Notes: generated by a model not told the origin, from the sequence alone. 64,000 bases of DNA from Chlorokybus atmophyticus (GCA_009103225.1 RHPI01001559.1:227996-291995), one strand, 5' to 3'; positions 49,498-62,964 are shown, counted from the stretch's first letter. Numbers and translations are program-made.

Positions 49498-52400
49498 CTA
49501 CCCGAAGCAACCGCACATAAACCTCTTTGATTTCCGCTTCGGCTCTGTAGACTTCGTCCACTGCCCCTCAGTGGTTGGCGTATCCCCCACCACAGTCACC
49601 CGAGACGAAGCAGGTGCCTTCTGCATCACGTGTTAACACGCATAAGACTAGTTGCATATAGTCAACACAACCCCATCTGCCATTGAGTGGCCAGGGTACA
49701 ACCAAGCGCAGGCTGCAACAGGCGCATGGTTGCTGGTGGCCCAGGTCACCACCGCAAGCAGAATAATCAAACGCACATTCAAAACAATGCATTAGCAAGC
49801 ATAAAATGCGCACCTGATCTGCAACCGCAGTGGGCGCCTCAGCAGGCTGCAACCCAAACCTCGGCTTCAAAAAGTCCTGCGGCAGGAATTGTTCGCTCGC
49901 TCGCCGCGCTCTTGCACCCTCTGTGAGAGGTGTCGGCAAACGCTGCGGCATAACTTGTTCGCTTGCTCGTCGTGCTCTCACGCCCTCTGTGGGAGGCGTC
50001 AGCATCCTTTCCACGGGTGCATTATCAGCTCGCAGCTGTAGTGCCGACACCATGCTCGGGGTAACTGTGGCTGGTCCCGTTGCAGGAGTGGCAAGATTGG
50101 GTGCTTGCGCTCGTCCTCCCGATGGTATTGACTCAACTGCAGGGGTAGAGACTGGGGCGATGGATGTGCCAAGGAAGGTGCGTGGCGCTTCCTCCTGGAC
50201 TGTGTGCGGCTGCGGCACTTGTTGTTCATCGTGCATCAGATCTCCCACCGGACTGGGGTCGTCGATGACGACCAGCTTGACGCGCTCATCGAGGGGATCT
50301 CGGACAGGCTTCATTGTAACCATCTCGGTTTCTTTTTCTGAAATTTCGGGTTGCGGCACACCTGAACACAAGCAGCTTGATGTGACTCATACCAACATAC
50401 AGCCGCTTCCATTCTATGATGTGAGCAGAGATTAATATTGAATCTTTTTTTGTATTTCTTTTCTTATTCCATGAAGGGATAGCTACTGTCTGCCATGTGA
50501 GTTGTTACTTTAGCATGTTCATCAACATGTCCATTCAATGTGTGTCATTCAGAACAGCAAGGTTGTACTCACTTGTTATGGTTGGAAGTGCTTCTGGTTG
50601 AACTTCTGCTATTGGCACACTGGGGACTTGTGCTATGGGCACATTGGGGACTTCTGCAATTGGCAAAGTGGGGACTTCTGCTATCGGCACACTGGGGACT
50701 TCTGTCTGGGTGGCTGGCAGTTCAGCATCAAGAGCAGTTATTTCTGCTGCAACAACGGGAGCATCAGACAGCATAGGAGCAGCTTCCACAGCTACGCTCC
50801 TGTCAACCTCAGGAGCCACCACCCCTGCATCAGTCATGGGATTGGCGTGCACCACTTGGCTCGCACCCGCCATCAACGCTGCCTCCTCAGCAAGGTCGTC
50901 GGTCTTGGCAGGCACTGCCTGCACCAGCTGCTCGCCTTCATCTACAGCCTTGGCAATGTCCGTCGCAGCAAGGGAGCGTGACTCAGACACGAAGGGTGCG
51001 AGACTGGGCTGTATCGCAGCACCCGTGCTTTCTGCCAACACTGGCTGCTCAAAAATGACGGGGGCGGGACTGGGCTGTGTCGCAGCACCTATGCTTTCTG
51101 CCAATGCTGGCTGCTCAAAGTCTTTAGCTTCAGCCCTTGAAGCCAATGCTTCCGACAGAGATGGTGCAGGCTCGAACATCTCACTTGGCAGCTGCTTAAC
51201 GGTCTCCTCCACAGCAGGCACTTCCATGGGAAAAAACTTGGTGCTTTCCAGCTCGCTCAAGACCGCTGCGGGTATGGTCGCTTGGGCAGGCTCTGCAAGA
51301 GGCTGCTGCTGCTCCACAACGCTTTGTTCGCTCTGTATCACCGGTTCTTCGGTAGTAGGCATTGCATTTGACTGCAGTTCCTCAGGGCGTGTGTCAATGT
51401 TGGTTGCATCTGACAGCGGTTCCATTTCTGAGCGCAAGCATGTGCATTACGAGCATACAAGTTGCAACTGGCTATAACCCGTGCAGATAGATACCAAGTG
51501 GCGAAGCAAATAAGGCCCGCACAAAGCACAACCTGCCGCAAGCAAGCTCACCAGCATCTGTGATGGTGGAGTCAGTCTCCATGCTAGTCGCAAAGGGGTT
51601 GCTCGTGCTAAACAGCTCTTTCTTGGTCTGCTCAAGCTTGTAGTTGAGTTCGGCGGCATCCAAGGCTTGCTCAGCAGTGGGTACTGCTGCTGTCAGCTGA
51701 GTTGGAGCCACAGTTGCTTCATCGCTGGCGCCTGAATCTCGGTTGAACCGTGCACTCTTCTCCGGGCTCGCTGTCAAAGAGTTACCCTGCCACCACCAAA
51801 CATGTCATGACAAAGGTAGGCAAAAATAGAGAAAGCATCTGCTCTGTATGGCTGTTCGACACGCACGTCGTCTGTTGCTGTGTGGCGATCGTTGCATAAC
51901 AAGCTCGTCTAACCTGAGACAAAGGTGCCCGAGAGTTCTGCCTGCTCAACCGTCCAGTGACAACACCAAGAACAGCACCTGATTGCGCACCACAAAGTTC
52001 AACAAAGCCCAACACTGATTCATGATACAGTACGGTCGGATAAGAGACGCTACAAAAAGGCCATGTCACCTTAAGCAACACTACTGAAATCAAGACAGCT
52101 TCGTGAAGCAGAACACGAGGCAATCTTTGTTGTTGATGTTGTGGTTGTTGTATGTGTGTGGTGGATGAGGGGGGGAGGGGGACCTACAATTGTCTTACCA
52201 GCCCCAGCACCGACAGCGCTGGCCACCAACCCGACAATTGGTATGGAAGCGACACCCCCACTTGGCTTGGACTTCAGCTCTGTGCAGGTAGGACACATTT
52301 TGGCACGTTTTGCAAGGGCACTCATACTGCGCTGTCAGTGATGTTCCTGTCAATGCGGCTGGTATGCTCCACATAGCACCCACCTGCCCCTCGTGATGCA

Positions 52401-53728
52401 TCATCTGCATTGTCAGTAGCAACAGACTTGGCCTCCACCACTGGGGGTTGCGAGCTGGATGTGGAAGACTCCAGATGATGCACCACGTCAATCTTAACAG
52501 TCAGCTTGCGTGTTGGATACCTGGAAGCAAGAACAACACAAGAGGCGTCACAGAAGCGCTCAGAAGCCAGCAATTGACGAATGCAAGTAAAACCCGAGCA
52601 AGTACTTACTGTCTGTTCACAAGCAAGCAGCTTATCAGCGACTCCCCAAGCACGTCCCATTGCTCCCACTATGACAAATTGGCGTCATTGCATGTTCTTT
52701 GCTCAAACGCTATCAGGCCACTTTCAATTGCAACGCAACAACACAAGGCAATCGTACTGAGCCAGTGTTGTAGTTTGCAAAGGTGAGTGGCGCTTTGATA
52801 TCCCTTGTTGCTTGCAACACCTGCACAAGGCTAATTAAGAACATGCAACTGTGCAGCTTGCATACCCAACTTGCAGACATCATCAATCAAGGTGCACACA
52901 ACGTAACCAACCTTGTTGTCTGCCAGTGCAGAGCGGAAAAGGGCGTACTTTCCCACCCTCAACACTTCAAGAGACACCGACTGCTCCACGCTGCACATTG
53001 TAGATAAAACTCACACATCACCACACTTGCATGTGCCAAGGACTTTGCTATATGTAAGCAAACTTGGGCGTCGCGAGACAGTGTCCAGCTTGCTGCTTAA
53101 TGTAGCTACAGTCTTGTTGGGAAAGTGTTGTGTTGATTAGTTGATATGCAGGAGCTTGCAGCAAACCATGGCCAATTGAAGCTTAAGGGTACCTGTCATC
53201 GTCTAGAGATGTGGTGAAAATGCAAGTTCCGTTGCTCTGCTTGGACACAATGTAGTAATTGCCTTCAGGCGCAGATATTGTTACAATGTCTCCCGCCTGC
53301 TCGACCAACCACGAATCAGCAAGCATGCCAGGCTGCCCAAACATGTGCCGCAATGCATGCTTGACTGAGGTGCAACAGGTGATGCGCAATGTGCAATGGG
53401 CGACAACCCCAGAGAGGAACAAATGAGTTAGGTTCGATACTTAGAAGCGCATGAGTACACTGGTTGAGGAGACCACATTGTCTAGCTGCCCTAACAACTG
53501 AAGCCCTGATGGGCGTTCCAATTGACACCACCGTTCACCCAGTGCATTCATGCAAGGTGAAGGCGGCAGGAATTGCGCGCGCCGTATGCATGCATGAACA
53601 AAGCACAACAACTTCCAACGTGCACAGTTCAGCTGCTTGTGCCATTCCAGCTAGCTCAAAGCCCAGCCACGTAGCAGAGCTTCATCCTACTGAAGGTACT
53701 TGACCTGCAGAGCATCAGCCAGGCCCAT
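49498..53728 (-). CDS. Multi-exon, largely disordered Pro/Ala/Glu-rich protein of unknown function ending KRKSKRFMCGCFG
   Basis: Long open exons 49815-50365 and 50570-51430, plus shorter exons at about 51540-51775, 52340-52510 and 53190-53370. The last exon (49498-49620) joins in phase 0. Four 8-aa P(S/T/N)(V/L)PIA(E/Q)V repeats are present. The start at 53728 (MGLADALQ) is tentative. Confidence 0.72.
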
Positions 53729-54826
53729 GGGACCAGCACACGGGACGTTCCTCTTTCCCCTACTCGTCCAGACACCCACTTCGCTCCTCCCTTCCACAAG
53801 CACAACTCCCCCCAGGCCTTCACTCCTCCAAGCAAGCTCGCCGCCCAGCACCGGCGGCGGCAGCGGCGGTAGTAACCACAAGCACACCACCAGCTGAGAC
53901 ACACACCGTGCTGATATCAGCAGCAGAACCGGACAACGTGGCGGGTGTTACCGTTCGCGACTAACCGACCTGAAGCCAGTGACGAACGCAATGCTAACTT
54001 GAGGTAGGTCTAGACGTTAGGTTATGCGTGCTCGGCAGCCGTTGAGCATTACGTTCTTGGGCTCGAAAATTGGGTGTTGTGGTTAGCCGTACATCTGCAA
54101 AAATGTAAACACTGCCTATTGTCGGTTGTCGGTTGAGTGCCCGCGATGCGAGCTGCTGATTGGGCAGCGAGCGCGAAAACGCGACATGGATGACATTGAA
54201 GGTTGCCCCGTTTTAATCCAATTTCCTGCGTTTGGATCGATAAAGTCTCCCTTGTGCGTGCACTTCAACTCAAGGGCGTGTTGCACGAGTCGCGTAAAGT
54301 TCGCACTTTTGTGAGGCAGCTTACTCCAGGCCTGAAACGTTTTGCAAAAGTCCAGACTCTGGAGAAACTTGGAGTAGGCATTACCCACAATGAAACTGGC
54401 AGCCTCAAGCTTCACTCACAGACTGTGCCACAATATACCCAAATCATGCATTCTTTCATTAAGCTGTTTGCATAGGGTGTAACAATCTATAATAATACTC
54501 TAGCCATGCCAAGCGAACATGCATGGCTAACATTGGCCTTGATGCCATCCGCACGTTAAGCAAACAAATTTTTAATATTGTGCAGTGATACCTTAAATTA
54601 AGACTTGATTTGCTAATGATAACTCAATGGCTAGGGTTAGGGTTAATTATGCAACATTAAGTGTCAGGGAGCCATTGAGTTATCAATACATGCGGAGAAA
54701 AATTGTGTGTATGGCGTCATATGTCTTAAAGAAACTCATGATTATTATTATTTGATTGTTTGATTTTTGTAGAAAGAGCGCACTTGTAACGCGTGACTCA
54801 CCTTAACATGATGCATTGTGTACGTC

Positions 54827-54856
54827 AACTATTAATAACTATTAATAACTATTAAT
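54827..54856 (+). repeat. (AACTATTAAT)3 tandem repeat
   Basis: Read directly. Confidence 0.9.
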
Positions 54857-55720
54857 ATTACATACATCAATAGTAAGTATGTTGCAATACAGTAGTGGTA
54901 AACATTTCATAGAACTTAAGTACAACCTACCCAACCAGTGGTGTTTCAGCTTTGGAAAGCACCCTACTTATTGTTGTTGAACAGGCTTGTGTTCGATCCT
55001 TGTTAATCGAGGTGAAGCGTTTGAAGCATCATCTCAGGCCATCTTTAATTGTCGGACAATCAAAAATGGCCGCATTGATGCGTGAGTGCGCGTTTGTGTC
55101 CCGGGCAACATGGTATCCATGCTTGTACAGAAGGGTAATGTAATACGAGTTGAAATGTATGCGAGCTGATATATTATTGCCTTGCAATCAAGTCATGTGT
55201 ATTTGAGGGTTGTAAGCAGACCGAAAGATGGTTCATATAGCTCATTAAAGTTGCATATAAATATAGTTTAAAATGGTTCGAGTTCAAGCAAACCACTATG
55301 GTATGGCTGGTCACATGTGTGCGGCACGCGCACACACGTGTGACCACAACACCAATCCAGATGCGTAGGTGCATGTACATGCTAGCATACCATTTTTTGT
55401 ACACATACACGCATGAGTGCCAGCGCCAACACACGTGCACACAAGCGGAACGCACTCTAGCGCGTGCATATACGACGCATGCAATGCACAAGCTTGCACT
55501 TAATAAACACTAAACTCAATGAGCGGCGTTGTTTGTGTTGCAATGTAGGCTGCAATCGATAAAAGTGTCGCAGTTGTGCTATGCACACGCCTAGTTGCAA
55601 GTGCCTGTATATATAATAATAATAGTACTACATGATAAGCTAATGGTGGGGTGCTCGTTAGTAATATACATCTTACAAAGATTACATGTTGGTGATCGAG
55701 GTGACATGGCATATGTTTCG

Positions 55721-57453
55721 TTAATACCATGCAAGCATGTTCGAAGACAAGAGCTTGTCGCGTTGGTCTTGCGTCAGGTCCTTGACATTGTAGAAGTCTC
55801 CAAGAGACTCCGCCTTCGTTTGAATTTCAAAAGACTCCACATGATAACCCATTGGTCCGACCGAGAAGTCTTCTTCATAATAGTCATCATCTTCTGGGAA
55901 CTCATCATCTTCCTCGCCCGTGGTCACAACAAGTTGCGTCTAGGTATGCAACACCACCTTCCGAAGGCACGCCATGTCCTCTGATAGTCATCTCTCTGTA
56001 GTTTACATACCTGACATCGTCCCGTTCGCACTCTTCGCCGCCGTTGCGCTCAATTGTGTTCAACAAGCACGACATCTTGCCATCTCGCTTGCGTACAACG
56101 TGCACGATCACATTGACACACTCCTACAAAATTGCACAAGGGTATCACGAACTTTCCAAACTCCTTGCCAAGCACGCGCAACTACACAACACCAGTTGCA
56201 TCAACATCACTTTGCAGGCAACTCCCAAGTACAAGCCACCACTTGAGCCACACGCAATAACCAAATCATCATGATACAAGCCACCGCTTGTTTTCAGCCC
56301 ACCTCTTGAGCAGTGTTAAAGTGTGCAACTTCGTCGTTGAACCAAATGTGAAGCATGTACAGGTATTCCCCATGCTCAGGGGCGTTGTCCCCAGGCGCAG
56401 GCGCGTTGTCTTGCATAGGTGCCCGCCGCGTCAATTCAAGTTGTGAATATAATTTCCTGTATGGAGTGCCAAAAACCTTTTGCACCTGCGGAGCATTGCC
56501 AAATGGATTCGTTCAGTTAACACGAAGCATGGGCGGTCCAAGGCTTGCATACAATCGCATGTGCAACAAGCCAGAGGAAGACAGCACAGTGCGGTTGTTG
56601 TTGTGCTTGTAGTGCCTGCCTCATTTGAGACACTCTGAATGTCGGAAAGCATGGACTCAATGCATCAACACTGAGCACAACATGCTTTACTTCCTTTGCA
56701 AGCCAGCTTAGATAACACGTAGCGACTGGAGAAACATCAGGCCTAGTTGCCAAGACACTTGCGCTTTGACGCATGCATCTCGTCTGGTTGTTCCCAAACC
56801 TCCTTGCATGGATGGTGGACCACAACTCAAACATTACTGTTGCAGCCTAACCACCAGTCTACCTCAGCAGCTGTCTAAGCTTCACTGTGTGCAAACAATG
56901 CGTCAAAATGTCACAAAGGGCGACTTCATCAGCCCTTGTTTAATGCTAGGTAGCCATCAGAAGAGCAAAGCTGGTCGGGTGGTCGTGGCTAGGCGACCTC
57001 TCTGTTGCAAACTGAGCTGCTCTGTGAGAAGATGCCTCGGCTGCCTACACAGACACACATGCCTGTTCTCTGTCTACACATGCACAAGTACACGAATATA
57101 AGATGAAATACAAACCAAGGTAGGCTCAACCCAGGCCATGCCTACCTGCACAGCGGCGGGGTGCTGTTCTCTGCACAGCCTCTCCCACAACGCGCCCTCC
57201 TGTGCCGCCGCCCTCCACGCCCCGCAGACGCACGCGCACCTCGCCAGCTGCTTTCCCCCCCTCTCCCGTAGTTGTCATTGTCGTCGTTGTCGTTGTCGTC
57301 GCTATCGCCATCGGCCTCACACACCCGCGCCAGCACGCCAGCCGGGAGCATGTCCAAGCCACCGCCGCCATCGCCGCTGCTGCTGGCGCCAATGGCAATG
57401 TTGGCCACACGCGCATGCACATCCGCAAGTAAGAAGCCCTTGCGCAGGTCCAT
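55721..57453 (-). pseudogene. F-box family copy 11 (B-like, divergent) with an acidic insertion inside the F-box
   Basis: LDMLPAGVLARVCE[ADGDSDDNDNDDNDNYGR]GG/KQLARCACVCGAWRAAAQEGALWERLC. Exon 2 is 56303-56485 (FGTPYRKLYSQ..YLYMLHIW). Exon 3 contains HVVRKRDGKMSCLL and ends NMLAWY*. There is a frameshift in a G run in exon 1 and two more in exon 3. Confidence 0.8.
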
Positions 57454-58079
57454 GCCTGCGCTCCTGATGATCCTCCTCCTCCTCCTCCTCCGCCTCCGCC
57501 GCCTCCGCTTTGGACTTCCCGCCAAAAACACAACACCGCCGCGGCCGTTTGCACTCGCAAAGCGTCTGCGCCTGTTGTTGTTGTCGTTGTTGTTGTTGTT
57601 GATGCTGTTTGTTGTTTCTGCTTGTCGCTGCCTCCTTTTTGTCTGTTGTGAGGCTGCGCGTGCATGTACGAAGAATGCAATGCAGTAAGTGAGTGTGCTG
57701 CACACCCTTGCTGCATCATCATTGCTGGTCACCGCTTGGATGCAGCGATGCGGCTCACCTGCAAGCCAGTCTGAACTCCATGCAAACAGACGTTGTGTGG
57801 GTTGACAATGACTGGGAAGCCACACGGGTATGTTTTATGACACGGTAGTAACCACAACGACTGACTTGACGTCAACTTCTGACATACAACTACCAAAGGC
57901 AACCAGCGACAACACAACACAGCGCACGCGCCATGTTGTCTCGTCTGCGCGAGAGGTCTCTTCTGCACGTCCACATCGCTCCGTCCGTGCTCAAGCTCCG
58001 CTGCATAGCCAACTTGTTGAGCCCACACACGCAAGCATGCACACATCAACTGGATGTTGAACACACCAAGCAACAGCAC

Positions 58080-61000
58080 TCACGTGGCGGGCCCTGCAGC
58101 ACTGGTGCTTCCCTCCAACGGCTGCTTCTGCTGCTGCGGTTGTTGTTGTTGTGGCATATCTGGTTGAAGTGACTCGTTGTCTTGTTCTTGTCCTTCGTCG
58201 ATCTGGGATGCGCTGCATCTCGCTTCCTCCAACTGACAGGTGATGGGTGTTACAGCATGACAGCCACATGTAAGGACGCATACACATGTGCGCACACGCA
58301 TGCGCATAGAACATATGCATGTATATGTATACGTGAGTGCCTACGCATGCGCATGAGCACGCGGATGCACATAGGCTGAACACGCAGGCACGCGTACAAG
58401 TGCATGCTTGCATCACACGTAACAGCGCGAATGCGTGTATGTGAGCGTGCCCATGAACACAGACGCACACGCACGCGCGCATGCGCTCGCACTCGCGCGC
58501 ACGCACAAACTTGTGCATGCATGCTAACACCCTCCATTACAAAACCGCAGACACACTCACTCAGTGTGTCTACGGGTGTCTGTGGCACACACGTGCAGAC
58601 GTATGCATGCACACGCACGCGCGCACGCACACATTCACATGCACATGCGCGCCCACCCACCCACCCACACCCACACAGCTCCCCTCACCTTCCGTCCCCG
58701 TGCCGCCGCCAGCTCCTCCTCCGCGAACGCCAGGAGTGCCGCCGCCGCCTCGGCCGACATTCCCTCCAGTGCGTCCTCCTCCTCCTCCTCCTCCTTGTCC
58801 TGCTTCTTGCCGGCCTCCACGGCCTCGTGCTCGTCGCCTTTGCGGCCGGCGGGGGAGAGCAGGAGTATGGGGACCTCTGGAGGAAGCAGCGCCAGGGCCT
58901 GGAAGGTGTGTGTGTGTGTGTGCGTGTGTGCGCATGATGAAGCGTGCGTAGCTCTCTCCGTGTATGTATGTATGTATGTATATATTCATGCACGCGCGTG
59001 TGTACATGTTGCGCGCAAGCACACCACATGCTTAACTCCCCTGCACCTCTTGCATAACTGCTGGCGAAGCCTTCATGTACGCCCTCAGCGTCCTCGCCGC
59101 ATGATGCCGACTCTCCAGATACTGCACCAAACCACCTGTTACCCCTCACTCCCCACCCCTCACCCCCACTATCCCCACCCCCCCAACACCACCCACCTGC
59201 GCGGTCCCGAGCGCCGCCACGAGGCCCCGGATCCCGCCGGCCTCGGACACCAGCTCGGGTAGGTTGTGTGTTGTGCCGGTGGGGAGGGGGGTGCTGCTGA
59301 CGTGAGCGAGCAAGACGCCGAGGAGCTTGGCGGCGGCGGCCTGGGGGGCAGGGGGTGAAGAGTGTGAGAGGCCAGGGAGAGGGAGAGAGCACGCGCAAAG
59401 GTAAATCCCACATGGATGCGCGCACCCGTGTGCACGTGAATACGTGCACGCACGCACGCACGCACGCGATAGCGCCCACATATGCATACTCAAACAGGCA
59501 TGCACAGTTAATTGTTAATACACACATACACATACACATACCCACGCACGCACGGATCCCCCCTCACCTGCTGCAGATATGCCGGATGCACCCTAAACCG
59601 CACGGGTCCCACTCCATTCCTCTCCGCCACCACCAACCCGGTCTTCCTCGGCAGGTCCGTCTCGTCCGGTACCAGAAACCCGACGGATCTGGACACGACG
59701 ACGTCCAGGACGCCGTCGCGGTGGAGGAAGAGTTTGATCAACTCGAAGGACTCGTACTGGACCTGGAAGTCGGAGAGGCGGAGGAGGCGGAGGCAGGAGA
59801 GGACGGACCGGGTGAAGGAGGAGGGGGGGGGTGTCTNGCACTCGTGTCGGGGTCGAGTAGGTGCCATTGGGATTCAGGTAGCGCATTCAACAAGGTGCGG
59901 GCCACCTTGTACGCGGCACTCAGCATCAGCCGCATGTTGAACAGATGCACCTATTCGACATGCATGCATGCATGCATGCATACAACACACCACATCACAC
60001 CACAACTCGTCGTTTGTCGTGTTGTAGTCTATTCACAAGCGACACAACGTAGCGCTCCTTGATGCATACAACCCGACCTGTCGTGCACGCATGCAACATG
60101 CGGCACACGATACCAACACCATGCACCATGCCCATCGTCCTTGTTTTCTCTCTCTCTCGCACCTGCGCGCACGTCTTGATCCCTCCTTCCAGGCTCCCCC
60201 CACTCCCCCTCCCCCCACCTCCATACCCCCCACCCCCATGTCCCGCCGGCGTGTACACATGCCTCTCCGTGTTTCTCCCTCCCTCCCTCCCCCTCGCCGT
60301 CCTCGCCGTCGACGCCGACGACGAGCGCGAGGGGGTGGACTCGGCGACGTCGGGCCCGAGGGCGGCCACGGTGAGGTCGGCCAGGGCGCGAAGGGCGGCC
60401 GAGGAGACGGAAGCCGCTGAGGAGGAACCGCCGCGGCCGAGGTCGACCAGGAGGGCGCCCGCCGCGGACTGGGTGGGGAGTGAGTGGGTGGGTGGGTGGG
60501 TGGGTGAGTGGGTGGGTGGACATGCGTGAGCCAAGTATTGCGTTCTTTGCTTACTTGAGCTGCGGGGGAGGAGGTGGGGCGGTGCAGGAGGGAGAGCGCA
60601 GCCTGGACCCCGCCGCTCGACAGCACCATGTCCTGCCAAGCCATAGACAACTGAGGCGTCGTATGTGCATGGGTGGCAACGCACACAACCACGCACCCAC
60701 CCACCCACCCACACCAGCAGCACACGTGCACATGTCTGTCTCACCTTGTACGCCCTCCCCGCCGTGGCCACCCTCTGCAGCACTCTCAGCGCCTCCACCC
60801 TATCCCCTTCTCTCGCCCCCTTTTTCCCTCCCCCTCCCCCTCCCCCGTCCCATGCGTCCTCTACGCCGCCCCCTGACACCGTGTCGAGCGCGGCGACGAC
60901 CCCGCCGGAGGAGAGGAACTCGCGGAGGTAGCGGCCGCCGGAGGTGGCTGGGGAGAGGGGAGGAGGCATATGAGGGTGGGTGGGGGTGGGTGGGTGAGTG

Positions 61001-61988
61001 GGTGGCGGGAGCATGTGGGTGTGCGCGTGCGTGCGCGCGTGCATGCGTGTGTGCGCAACTGGCTGCGTGCTTGGGCACACACATGTGTGCGCATGTCTCC
61101 CCGCATGGTTGCGTGTACGCGAGCATGGTTAAGCGCGCGTGCGCGCGCGCGTGTGTGTGTGTGTGTGCACACAGAATAGTATGGATTGTCTGTGCGTGTC
61201 GGTCGTACCGTTGATGAAGATGGAGATGGCGCGTAGCGAGGAGGCGCACCCGCAGCCGAGGGAGTACGTGAGACGGAAGTAGGCGGCGATGCGGGCAAGC
61301 AGAAGGCTCGCACCGTTGCCATACCTGCGTGTGATACCACTTTTGTAACAATGATACCAATGCTATAACATATGCCCTGCCTTTCTGCGTACTCACTCTT
61401 GTTCAAGCTGCAAGCCAGTCTTGTTGGCATTTCGCGCAATAAACGCCTGCAGCATCCTCAACCTCACCGCCCGTGAACCCTGAGATGGGATATGATTGCG
61501 TTGTGCGATGTAAACACTTTATGGACTTTATGGATAACACGCGCGTTGTTCCAAACGCAGGCAAGCACGTTTTTCCTTGTTGCTCTAACGCGCGCACGCA
61601 CACACGAGCACGTGCACATACACGCACGCTTGGGTGCTTGCTGAAATGTACAGCACACACGCGCATACGCGAAACGGACGCTCGAGGACGTTGCAAACGC
61701 ACATGCGCATACGCGCGCGCGCACACACGCTCAATAACCACACATACAACTTCACACCCCCTCCTCTCCCCCCCCCCCCCCCCCNACCGTATCCCACATC
61801 CTTAGCTGCCCCATGAGCCACCGCGTCGCCTGGGCGGGGCTGCTGTGGTCCGGTGCATCCGCCGGGCCGCTCGTCAGCGCGGAGACGCTGCTCTTGGAGA
61901 AGTAGACGCTGGGGATGTGGGAGAGGGAGAGGGACAGGGAGTGGGAGGGGGGGCCGGGACCGGAGTCGGACATGATCTCGCGACCCAT
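58080..61988 (-). CDS. ARMH1: Armadillo-like helical domain-containing protein 1 ortholog (multi-exon; local frame breaks at N/homopolymer sites)
   Basis: Spliced peptides LRMWDT-GSRAVRLRMLQAFIARNANKTGLQLEQE-YGNGASLLLARIAAYFRLTY, RYLREFLSSGGV, ATAGRAYK, QVQYESFELIK, AAAAKLLGVL and IRGLVAALG match, in order, the human ARMH1/C1orf228 segments as I recall them (ELEQEFSQGASLFLVRL..LRITY, RYLIEFLEVGGV, NSGRTYK, EVQYEAIELIK, QAAAAKAIGVL, VRGLMAAMG). Confidence 0.85.
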
Positions 61989-62964
61989 CTGGGGAAGGAG
62001 TGGGGGTGGGTGGGTGCGTGTGTGCGTAAGCGCGTCAGTGTTGTGCGTTATGGTAACTGTTGGTGTAAAACTCCTGACTCAGAAGTGTGTTTCTACCGAT
62101 TGCTTGTGCAGGTTTTCAACTACGACTCTGATACAAACATGGCTCTCAGTTTGCGACACTCCTGACTGAGTGCATCTCTGTGCTCATGTTACTCAGCCCT
62201 AAAGATCGCGGCACACACTCGCGGTACATACACAAGGGAGAGAGCCAGCACAGAATCTTACCGCAAAAGAGATGCGTGCCTCCCTGCTGTCACAGATACC
62301 GACCCACACCACAGCAAGCAGTAAACGGGTAAGAGAACAGCGGCTGATTCACCCCACTCTTCCGCCCCATCCTCGCTATGTAGTAATGCCACCTAGCAGC
62401 CACCCACCAGGCCAGCCAACTTCACGTTCACACGGTGTGTGTGTGTGTGTGTGTGTACACTATATACAAACATACGAAATGTGGGTGGGTAAGTGGGTGG
62501 GTTATGTCTTTCCGTGCTTCGCTCGCATAGTTGCTCCACACGCTCAGTCTCCAGTCTAAGTGCACCTGAACACCGCAGCGCCGCAGTCTGGGGGCGGCGC
62601 AGGGGCGTGCCGTCAATCAGCTCACACAGGATGTGTTGGGGCAATAATAAGAAACAAACAAAAAAGCAGAGAAGGAGTGTCACGTGACGATGTGAATTCA
62701 ATCATCAGCGTGTCCACAGATACGCATACAGATACACCTCTGGACACGCTGCTGGGCAGCTGAGGCCGGTCGCGCCGGTCTGTATCTCCCCGCGCATTGT
62801 TCGGGCAACCGCTGGGTGCAATTGCAGCATATGTTGGCTGTATAAAAATGCAACGAATCGCATTTAAAAAGCCGGTGGTTGCCGGCTGTTGGAAGCCTCA
62901 CTCACAGTGCGTGAGCGTGTCTGTGAGCAACTGCCACGTGGCAGTCGGTGGCGTCGTCCGGGCG

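Noticed and set aside
59815-59840. ARMH1 as a pseudogene because of a frame break
   Set aside because: The break is in a homopolymer next to an N, so an assembly error is more likely.
61325-61396. ORF-track peptide MSTQKGRAYVIALVSLLQKW resembling the human ARMH1 N-terminus
   Set aside because: It lies inside a GT-AG intron splitting the codon in LEQE. The true upstream exon (…LRMWDT) is at about 61785-61988.
57100-62200. Numerous long overlapping ORFs rich in H/T/A/R/V/C
   Set aside because: These are artefacts of stop-free microsatellite introns and antisense frames of real exons.
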